64,000 nucleotides of DNA from Candidatus Eiseniibacteriota bacterium (GTDB lineage: Bacteria > Eisenbacteria > RBG-16-71-46 > JABDJR01), in contig CAVXKA010000002.1 in assembly GCA_963762255.1 (NCBI GenBank), positions 352,001 to 416,000 of the forward strand, written 5' to 3'. Both the position numbers and the translations under genes were made by a program. Positions 56,780 to 64,000 of the stretch are shown here, one piece after another; position 1 is the first letter of the stretch, and the number at the start of each line of letters is the position of its first letter. The notes beneath the pieces are model-generated. The model did not search any database, was not told the DNA's origin, and saw only the letters and a program-made list of their open reading frames with translations.

Positions 56780-57744
56780 CCCCGCAGCCCCGACCCGGTG
56801 AGCCAGGCAAGAACGGGTTCGCGCTCTCCCGCATCGCGCAGCGTCCGCACCGCGGCGAGCGCCGCGGCGGACGCCCTCTCCGCGGCCACACCGCGTCGCC
56901 CGAGCGCCGTATGCGCCGCCTCGATCTCCGCTTCATCCACTTCGATCACTTCCCCGCCGTGGCCCGCGAGCGCGGCGAGGATCTCGTCTCGCCTCGGAGG
57001 ATCCGCGATGGCGATGCCCGTGGCCCGCGTGCCGCCGCCGGCGCCGGGGCAGCGCAGCCCGGGGCACGCCGCCGCCTGCACCGCCACCAGGCGCACGTCC
57101 CGACGATCCAAGCGCTCGAGCGCGTGCGCAACGCCGAGGAACAGTGAGCCGTTGCCGACGGGAATGACCCAAGTTGCGGGAGGCTCGCCGCCGCACTGCG
57201 CGAGAACCTCGATCGCGCTCCGGCCCGTCCCTTCGGAGAACGCCGGGTGCGCGACATGACTGAAGTAGAACTCCCTGACCGCGGCTTCGGCGGCCCGCGC
57301 CGCGGCGGCGCGGCGATCGCCCTCGGCCACGACACAGGCCCCCATCATCTCCAACGCGTGTCGCTTGGCCGGCGGCAGATCGCCGGGCGTATGGACCGTC
57401 ACCGGAAGCCCGGCGCGCGCGGCCGCCGAAGCCGCGGCCAGCGCCGCGCTACCCGAGGAGTCCACAACGAGCCGGGTCGCGCCCGCCCACACCGCGACCG
57501 CGGCGAGCGCGGCGGCGCCCCGATCTTTGAAGGAGCCGGTGCGGTTGAGATCCTCGCGCTTCCAGAGAAGATCGTTGTCCACCGGATCGGACCAGAGCGG
57601 TGTCGGAGCCCCGACGTCCGCGCCCCGGATCGCATAGAGCGAGGGATCGGCAGCCGACCAGAGTCCACCGCAGACGCACCGGGCGGGATAGATCGCGGCT
57701 GTGCGCGAGGGTCGGCCGCACGCGACGCAGAGGAGATCGCTCAC
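56776..57744 (-). CDS. PLP-dependent fold-type II enzyme, threonine-synthase-like paralog
   Basis: CVAC..C.CG N-terminus, KREDLN.TGSFKDRG, DSSG, PVGNG, LTGSG. GTG start overlaps the upstream stop. Confidence 0.8.
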   Translation of the reverse strand: MSDLLCVACGRPSRTAAIYPARCVCGGLWSAADPSLYAIRGADVGAPTPLWSDPVDNDLLWKREDLNRTGSFKDRGAAALAAVAVWAGATRLVVDSSGSAALAAASAAARAGLPVTVHTPGDLPPAKRHALEMMGACVVAEGDRRAAAARAAEAAVREFYFSHVAHPAFSEGTGRSAIEVLAQCGGEPPATWVIPVGNGSLFLGVAHALERLDRRDVRLVAVQAAACPGLRCPGAGGGTRATGIAIADPPRRDEILAALAGHGGEVIEVDEAEIEAAHTALGRRGVAAERASAAALAAVRTLRDAGEREPVLAWLTGSGLRG

Positions 57745-58922
57745 GCCACCGTCTCCGTGCGCGGGTACTTGAAACCGTCGCCGGTGAGGAACAGAACGAT
57801 CTCTTCGTGAGGATTCAGCCAGCCGGAACGCGCGAGTCGGGCCGCTGCCGCGACCGTGGCCGCAGCCTCGGGGGAGATGAAGAGACCTTCGTCGGCGCCG
57901 GTCCACGCCCTGGCCTCCTCCATCTCCGCATCGGTCACCGTGAGCGCTGTGCCGCCCGTATTGCGCACCGCGTCGAGGATGAGATGGTCCCCGATCGTGC
58001 CGGGCACGCGCAGGCCCGAAGCGGCCGTTCGAGGGTTCATCCAAAGATCGGCGTGCCGCTTCCCCTCGGCGTGCGCGCGCACCAGCGGCGCGCACCCCTC
58101 GGCCTGCACGACTACGAATCGCGGCGGCGGCCCTTCGAGAAGACCCAACGCGCGAAGTTCGGCGTCCGCCTTCATCATGCCGACGATGCCGGTGCCGCCT
58201 CCGGTGGGATAGATCGCCACCGAGGGCCAGCGCCACCCGAGCTGTTCGACCAGCTCGAGCCCCATCGTCTTCTTCCCCTCCACGCGATAGGGCTCCTTGA
58301 GCGTCGAGAGGAAGAACCAATCCCCGGCTTCCGCGCACGCGCCTAGCCAGCGGCCGGCATCGGCGATGTCTCCGTCGACATCGTGGAGGTGTCCTCCGTG
58401 GAGGCGGACCTCTTCGCGGAACGGCTCGGGGGTTTCACGAGGAAGCGCCACGTGGACCTCGGCTCCCCAATAGGCGCCGTAGGCGGCCGCAGCCCCTCCG
58501 GCGTTGCCGGCGCTGGGAAGCGCGAAGCGCCGCGCCCCAAGCTCCACGGCGCGCGCCATCGCTACCGCCATGCCCCTGGCTTTGAACGATCCTCCCGGGT
58601 TGCGGCCTTCGTCTTTGAGGAGCAGGCGGGATAGGGCGAGCCGCGCGCCGAGTCGCTCGGCCGAAACGAGCGGGGTGGCCCCCTCGCCGAGGCCGCGCCG
58701 GCGCCCGGGGTCGCGCACGGGAAGGATCTCTCCCCATCGCCACAGCCCGGGCGGACGATTTCGGAGAGCGCCGGCGGTCAGGGTGCGGCGGGCGCCGTTG
58801 AAGTCATACTGCGCGAAAAAGGTCCCACCGCAGCGACAAACGGTCTGCAATCGATCCGCGTCGACAACCACACCGCATCGGGCACAGGCGAGACCGGAGA
58901 GGGCCGAAGCGGGGGCGGTCAC
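57741..58922 (-). CDS. thrC: Threonine synthase family protein
   Basis: Zn-ribbon N-terminus, LGEG.TPL, NPGGSFKARG, SAGNA, YRVEGKKT, PTGGG, TG.GFKY. Confidence 0.8.
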   Translation of the reverse strand: MTAPASALSGLACARCGVVVDADRLQTVCRCGGTFFAQYDFNGARRTLTAGALRNRPPGLWRWGEILPVRDPGRRRGLGEGATPLVSAERLGARLALSRLLLKDEGRNPGGSFKARGMAVAMARAVELGARRFALPSAGNAGGAAAAYGAYWGAEVHVALPRETPEPFREEVRLHGGHLHDVDGDIADAGRWLGACAEAGDWFFLSTLKEPYRVEGKKTMGLELVEQLGWRWPSVAIYPTGGGTGIVGMMKADAELRALGLLEGPPPRFVVVQAEGCAPLVRAHAEGKRHADLWMNPRTAASGLRVPGTIGDHLILDAVRNTGGTALTVTDAEMEEARAWTGADEGLFISPEAAATVAAAARLARSGWLNPHEEIVLFLTGDGFKYPRTETVA

Positions 58923-58940
58923 GGGTCGGCTCGGCCCCCG

Positions 58941-59294
58941 TCAATCGGTCAAGAGGTAGAGGATCCGGCCGCAGTTCTCGCAGACCTTGACCGGCTGGTC
59001 CGCCGTGATCTCGGAGAAGAAGCTGGGAGGGACACCCTGGAAGCAGCCGAGACACGTCCGGTTCTCCACCGGCACCACGGCCCGCCCATGCTTGGTGCAG
59101 AGCCGCTCGTAGATGCGCAAGTAACGTCGATCGATCTTGCCGGTCAGCTTCAGGCGAGCCGCCTCGAGCGGCCCCATATTGTCGAGCGAGAAGCCCATGT
59201 TCTCCAGCTCGGTGCGGCGCTCCTGATCTTTGGTTTCCCGGATCAACGTGTCGAGGTCCTGCAAGTTCACCAGGAGGTGAAGCTGTTCATGCAC
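58941..59294 (-). CDS. C4 zinc-ribbon protein (DUF164/zf-RING_7), short coiled coil
   Basis: LQ.LD, YERL, AVVPV...C.GC...CENCGRILY. Confidence 0.85.
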   Translation of the reverse strand: MHEQLHLLVNLQDLDTLIRETKDQERRTELENMGFSLDNMGPLEAARLKLTGKIDRRYLRIYERLCTKHGRAVVPVENRTCLGCFQGVPPSFFSEITADQPVKVCENCGRILYLLTD

Positions 59295-59757
59295 CTTCGT
59301 CGGCCTCCTCGAGGATCTCCGCCACTTCCTCGTAGTCCGCCGCGGCCAGCAGCCTGCGACGGCTCTTGACGCTCTTGACCATCTCGACGATCTTGCCCAA
59401 GACCGGCAGATACAGGTTGCTCCGTTCCTGGGGCGGGGCGACGGTCAGGAACACGAGATACACGGGCTTGCCGTCCATGGCATCGAACTCGATACCCTCC
59501 GTCGAGCGGCCGAAGGCCACCGCCAGACGGGTGATCGCGAGCGTACGCCCGTGCGGCACGGCCACGCCGCGCCCGATGCCGGTGCTGCCCAGGTGCTCAC
59601 GCTGCCGGAGCATCTCGAGGAGGATGCCTCCCTCCTTGATGCGCTGCGCGCGGACAAGGGCGTCCACCATTTCTTTAAGGGCGCCTTCCTTGTCCCTGGC
59701 CTGGAGCTGGGGAATGAAGAGCTCTTCGTCGAGAAATTCGCTGAGTCGGATGTTCAC
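59287..59757 (-). CDS. ptsN: PTS EIIA (Ntr/Fru-type) component
   Basis: RE..GSTGIG.GVA.PH, F.A.DG.PV. GTG start at 59757. Confidence 0.85.
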   Translation of the reverse strand: MNIRLSEFLDEELFIPQLQARDKEGALKEMVDALVRAQRIKEGGILLEMLRQREHLGSTGIGRGVAVPHGRTLAITRLAVAFGRSTEGIEFDAMDGKPVYLVFLTVAPPQERSNLYLPVLGKIVEMVKSVKSRRRLLAAADYEEVAEILEEADEGA

Positions 59758-59846
59758 GATCGGAAACCTCGCAGGAGCGGTGACGGGATGCGCAACCGAG
59801 GACGGTGGGAGGGCGGCGGAGGAACTACGCACAACATAGGTAATCA

Positions 59847-59876
59847 AGTCTATCCCCCCTCGCAGCGAGGCGTCAA
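59847..59876 (-). promoter_or_regulatory. Candidate sigma70 promoter for the ptsN operon
   Basis: Minus strand TTGACG-N18-TAGACT. Confidence 0.55.
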
Positions 59877-59896
59877 TCGAGGTGAGGCCTGGCGCG

Positions 59897-61135
59897 TCAG
59901 AGGCTCTGGCGCCGCCCCAGCGCGGCTCGGTGGACGAGCTCCCGCTGGGCACTCGCGGCTGCCGCCGCCCCGTGATGCGCGGCGACCCACCGGCGCCCCG
60001 CCGACCCCAATGCGCCTCGCAGATCGGGGTCGGAGAGCGCTCGTATGACCGCGGCGGCCAGGCTTTCGGAATCTTCCCCGACCAGAACCTCGCGTCCGGC
60101 CTCCGGTCCCATCCCCAGGACTCCCACCGGCGAGCCCACCACCGCCCTCTCGAGAGCCAGGCTCTCAAGCAGCCTGATACGAAGCCCACCCCCATAGCGG
60201 AGCGGGACCAGCACCACGGCCGCGGAGAGAAGGGGCGTGCGCACGTTCTCCACTTCGCCCACTACCTCGGCCCCCGCCTCGCGGGCGCGGCGAGCGAGAC
60301 CGGGAGGCAATCCTCCTCCCGCCACGAGGAGCGACGCCCCCGGACGCCCCTGGACGATCCTCGGCCACAGTTCTGCCAGAGTGTATTCGAGCGCATCTCG
60401 ATTGAAATCGGCGGCGAAGGAACCGAAGAAGAGGACGCGCTCGGCGACTTCCGGCGGGTCTTCCGCTCTGCGTGCGGCGAGCGCCACATCGAGATCGAGA
60501 CCGTAGGAAACGATCGCCGAACGATCCGCGGACACTCCCGCGCTTCGTATTGCCTCGGTGCGGTCCCCTTCCGTGACGAACCAGACGGCGGGCGCGGCGG
60601 CGAGCGCCCGGCGCTCGCGGACCGCCTCCATGGCGGCCCAGGCGGCGCCTCGGCTCCCCTCGGTAAGAAACGCCCCGGCGCGCTGGCGTGCGAGATACTC
60701 GATGTCGTGGGCAAACAGCACCCCGGGGACGCCGCGCACACGATCGAGGTAGGCGGACGAGTACCAGTACTCGACCACGACAAGATCGGGCCGGAACCTT
60801 TCGGCTTCGCGGCCGAACGCGTCGACCAGGGAGGGAAGAGCGGTGTACGTCTCTACCGGTGGGATCCCGCGCCTTGCCGCCGCCCGGGCGCGGAAGCGAT
60901 ACACCGCGCGGTGCAGGGGTGATGCGCGATTGGGAGCGAGCGGGGCCACCACTTCGAGACCCGGCACCTTCCGGCGTAGCGCATCGACGTCGGCGCTCTC
61001 CGACGGGTGGAGGCGCCGCGCGAAGAGACGGATCGTATGCTCGCCGGCAAGGTTCTGCAGCAACTGCAGCGTGCCCCACCGCGTGCCCTGAGTCGGAGGA
61101 TAGGGAAGGATCGGCTTCATCCAAAGGATGCGCAT
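59897..61135 (-). CDS. GT4 glycosyltransferase
   Basis: PYPP..G, HD.E, F.GS....N, VPLR.GGG.R..LLE. Confidence 0.88.
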   Translation of the reverse strand: MRILWMKPILPYPPTQGTRWGTLQLLQNLAGEHTIRLFARRLHPSESADVDALRRKVPGLEVVAPLAPNRASPLHRAVYRFRARAAARRGIPPVETYTALPSLVDAFGREAERFRPDLVVVEYWYSSAYLDRVRGVPGVLFAHDIEYLARQRAGAFLTEGSRGAAWAAMEAVRERRALAAAPAVWFVTEGDRTEAIRSAGVSADRSAIVSYGLDLDVALAARRAEDPPEVAERVLFFGSFAADFNRDALEYTLAELWPRIVQGRPGASLLVAGGGLPPGLARRAREAGAEVVGEVENVRTPLLSAAVVLVPLRYGGGLRIRLLESLALERAVVGSPVGVLGMGPEAGREVLVGEDSESLAAAVIRALSDPDLRGALGSAGRRWVAAHHGAAAAASAQRELVHRAALGRRQSL

Positions 61136-62199
61136 CAGCGCCCTTCTTCCGACAGCGCGCGCTCGTAGACGGCAGCGGTGGCGTCCACGCAGCGTTCCAG
61201 CGTGAAGCGCTCGATGAATGCGCGTCGCGCGGCCGTAGACCATGCGGTCACGCACGCGGGTTCGCGCCGCAGGCCGACGATCACCTCCGCCCAGACCCGC
61301 GGATCGGGATTCAGCAGGCGCCCCGTCGTCCCGTCATCCACCACCTCGTCCATCCCGGGGATGTCGCAGGCGAGCACTCCGCGCCCCGCCGCCATCGCCT
61401 CCAAGACCGCCAGCGGCATCCCCTCGAGACGCGAGGGAAGCGCCAACACGTCGATCGAGGTCAAGAACTCGGCGGGGTCGCTCACGCGTCCGAGGAACCG
61501 CACTCGGTCGGCCACGCCAAGACCCCGCGCGCGCTCCTCGAGCCACGCCCGAAGCGGGCCGTCGCCGGCGATGTCGAGCCGGGCTGTCCCTTCCCCGGAA
61601 AGCGCGAGCGCCTCAAGCACGAGTTCCACGCGTTTGCGCGGCTCGAGCGAGCAGAGCACGCCAAGCCGCAGCGCGCCGTTCGGTGCGGGGAGAGCGCACG
61701 GGGCACCTGGATCGGGAACGCCGTTTGGCACGACCACCACGCGGTCGGCGGGGAACCCTTCGGCGAGAAGCGCGTTGCGACTGGCGCGACTCACCACGAT
61801 CGCCGTCCGAATCGCGCCTGCGGTACGCAGCTTGAGCCAGCGGCGGCGGCGCGAGCGCGGGAGAAGGGTCAGGTGCTCGGTCGTGATCACCGGCTTGGCC
61901 ACCGACGCGCGAAGGCGCCACGGCAACCAACCCGAACCGCCGTCGTAGGTGGAGGGAATGTTGACGTGCACGATGTCGGGAGCCAGCGAGCGCGCGGCGC
62001 GCACCAACGAGGATGACGATGTCCAATACACGACCACCACCCCACGATGCTCGAGGCGGCCCCCCCACTCGCGTAGCACCTCCCGGTCCGGGACGGCCAG
62101 CACCGCGTCCCATGCGCGCAGGTTGAGGGCCAGGCGCTCGAGATACACCTCGGCGCCGCCGAACCCTCTTGCCTCCGAAACGAGGAGCACCCGCCTCAC
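61135..62199 (-). CDS. GT4 glycosyltransferase
   Basis: GGAE, T.H, PNGV, PSRLEGMPLAVLEAMA. Confidence 0.92.
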   Translation of the reverse strand: MRRVLLVSEARGFGGAEVYLERLALNLRAWDAVLAVPDREVLREWGGRLEHRGVVVVYWTSSSSLVRAARSLAPDIVHVNIPSTYDGGSGWLPWRLRASVAKPVITTEHLTLLPRSRRRRWLKLRTAGAIRTAIVVSRASRNALLAEGFPADRVVVVPNGVPDPGAPCALPAPNGALRLGVLCSLEPRKRVELVLEALALSGEGTARLDIAGDGPLRAWLEERARGLGVADRVRFLGRVSDPAEFLTSIDVLALPSRLEGMPLAVLEAMAAGRGVLACDIPGMDEVVDDGTTGRLLNPDPRVWAEVIVGLRREPACVTAWSTAARRAFIERFTLERCVDATAAVYERALSEEGR

Positions 62200-63698
62200 G
62201 GCGCGCCTTCGGTCATCGCGAAGCCGCGGATCTCCACCCCGGGAGCATTCCATCGCGCGATCTCCCCACCGCGCCTTTCCAGCATGTCCAGGAGGCGACC
62301 CCGAGGATCCTCGTACCAGAGCCGGCTACCCACCCACCACACACGCGGATGTCCGGATGCTAGACGATTCAGCCGGCCCACTCCCCCATCCTCCTCGCGA
62401 AAGTAGACCTCGAAGAAGGTCTCAGTATCCGCAGCACCTCGGTAGTAGCGCGCGAGCGGGCCGTTCACCCCCTGCTGAAGAACGAGATCCTCGGCAGCGG
62501 CATGAGTCTCCAGGAAGCGGGCCGCGCCTCGGAAGTCCTCGCGCGCATAGCGCGCGTCGAAGGTCTGACGCCCCCAACCCACGAGCATGCACACGATGAG
62601 CGCCCCACCGACGAGCACACCCAACCCTCGGCGCGCGCGCGCCATCCGCACGATCCCCTCGGCCAGCAGCAGGATGAACACCGGTTGCGACGCTGCCGCG
62701 TAACGGGGGTTGTAGGCCTTGAGCCCCAGCGCCGCCACCGCGGCGATACCGAGCGCGGGCAGAAAAGCCCACCAGAAGAGCCGCCGGATCTCCGGTTCAC
62801 GCAACCCCCGAGCCGCCGCCGCCAGCGCGGTCCCGGCCGCCAGAGCCGCCAGCGCGAGCCAATGCAAATGCGGTCGGAAGAGCGAGGCGGTGAGCGCGCC
62901 GTGCAGCTCGCGCAGCGGCGGGCCGAGCCCGTATCCACCGACGAAGGTGGCGTAGGTGAAGGGCAGCGCGCCGGGATGGAAAGCGCCTCCGGCCCGCAAC
63001 GGCTCCGTGCCGCTGCCCGGCACGACCTCGCTCCACACCACGTGACCCGCGAACTCCACCCACAGCCACGGCAAGGCCACGAGAATCGCTATCGCCGCGG
63101 CCAGGAGCCAGAGCTTCAGCGATCCCCGTCGATCGAAGAGCAGCGCGACTCCGAGCGCGGGGAGGAGAACGATCGCGCTCAGGTTGCACAGGAAGAGCGC
63201 GGCCAGCGCGGCGGCGTGCCAGGCCCATGCCGCGCGACAGGGCCGCTCCCACAGACGCACGAACGTCCAGAGCGTGAGCGCGGAGGCGGCGAGCAAGTAG
63301 GCGTAGCCGCGCACTTCCTGCGAATACCAGATGTGGAAGGGCGAGAGCGCGAGCAGCCAGGTCGCAAGGAGAGCGGCTCGTGGGAGCGCGCGGCGAAAGG
63401 CGAGCGTGGCCAAGCCGAGCCCGAGCACACCCCCGACCGCCGCCCACGAGCGTAGAGAGAGGTCGCCCGCCCCGGCGACCGACGTCCATGCGCGCAGGAG
63501 CATGTGAGGGAGCGGGCCCTGGGGGTTGACGAGCACGTCGTGCCAGCGGAAGGGCTCGCCGATCGAGGCTCCCTGCAAGGTCAGGAGCTCATCGATCCAG
63601 AGCGGCTGACGCGTGAGGCCGAACAGACGAAGACCGGCGCCAACCAGGAGGGCCAGAACCCAGGGGAGCCAAAACGCACCGGATTGGAAAGAACGCAC
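62196..63698 (-). CDS. GT39/PMT-2-like GT-C glycosyltransferase (start uncertain)
   Basis: LWIDE, P.GPL, SPFHIWYSQEVRGY, RY, multiple TM helices. Confidence 0.8.
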   Translation of the reverse strand: MRSFQSGAFWLPWVLALLVGAGLRLFGLTRQPLWIDELLTLQGASIGEPFRWHDVLVNPQGPLPHMLLRAWTSVAGAGDLSLRSWAAVGGVLGLGLATLAFRRALPRAALLATWLLALSPFHIWYSQEVRGYAYLLAASALTLWTFVRLWERPCRAAWAWHAAALAALFLCNLSAIVLLPALGVALLFDRRGSLKLWLLAAAIAILVALPWLWVEFAGHVVWSEVVPGSGTEPLRAGGAFHPGALPFTYATFVGGYGLGPPLRELHGALTASLFRPHLHWLALAALAAGTALAAAARGLREPEIRRLFWWAFLPALGIAAVAALGLKAYNPRYAAASQPVFILLLAEGIVRMARARRGLGVLVGGALIVCMLVGWGRQTFDARYAREDFRGAARFLETHAAAEDLVLQQGVNGPLARYYRGAADTETFFEVYFREEDGGVGRLNRLASGHPRVWWVGSRLWYEDPRGRLLDMLERRGGEIARWNAPGVEIRGFAMTEGAP

Positions 63699-63739
63699 GA
63701 CCTTAGACAGAGCGCTCCTCGGCGTCTCCCCCCGAGCTG

Positions 63740-64000
63740 TCAGTACGCGCCGTCTCGCGATAGAACGGCGGGAATGGTGCGGAGCAGGATCTTGAGATCC
63801 AGGAGAAAAGACTGGTGTTGGATGTACTGGATATCCAGGCGCATCCACTCGTCAAAGCCGAGTTTGCTGCGCCCCGAGATCTGCCAGAGACACGTGATGC
63901 CCGGTTTCACGTCCAGGCGCCGCCTCTGCCAGGGTTCGTACTTTTCGACTTCCTCAGGAATCGGGGGCCGCGGACCCACCAGCGACATGTCCCCCCGCAG
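63740..64000 (-). CDS. Polyprenyl-phosphate sugar transferase (Bac_transf), C-terminal part, truncated by the window edge
   Basis: GDMSLVGPRP, KPGIT..WQ.SGR, D..YI...S..LD.KI. Confidence 0.93.
   Translation of the reverse strand: MRGDMSLVGPRPPIPEEVEKYEPWQRRRLDVKPGITCLWQISGRSKLGFDEWMRLDIQYIQHQSFLLDLKILLRTIPAVLSRDGAY

Overview
High-GC bacterial chromosomal window, densely coding (about 52 CDS), with no rRNA, tRNA, CRISPR array or mobile element that I can recognise. The gene content and a C-terminal (S/T)WGxIKxxY motif suggest an FCB-related lineage such as Ca. Eisenbacteria or Krumholzibacteriota (inference). Housekeeping and envelope genes: gcvT-H-PA-PB, pepA, uvrA, pgaD-like plus pgaC, a Deg protease, a MacAB-TolC-type exporter (tolC broken by one extra base), exbB-exbD-exbD-tonB, gmhB/waaF, ctpA, suhB, two sigma54 activators, two threonine-synthase-like genes, ptsN, and several GT-C and GT4 glycosyltransferases. 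The most unusual locus is 14.3-26.0 kb. A 1697-aa dikinase-family protein has reversed domain order (His-swivel before the ATP-grasp) and is translationally coupled to a full-length MaeB homolog lacking its catalytic Lys and two of three metal ligands. This pair converges on a Na+-pumping decarboxylase operon (oadGAB) and a divergent biotin ligase. A second candidate system is a shared C-terminal tail on two unrelated secreted proteins, which lie next to an S41 tail protease and a TMEM260-like glycosyltransferase. Several CDS starts were trimmed from the ORF track using RBS and gene-overlap evidence. All family calls come from motif recognition, not database searches.
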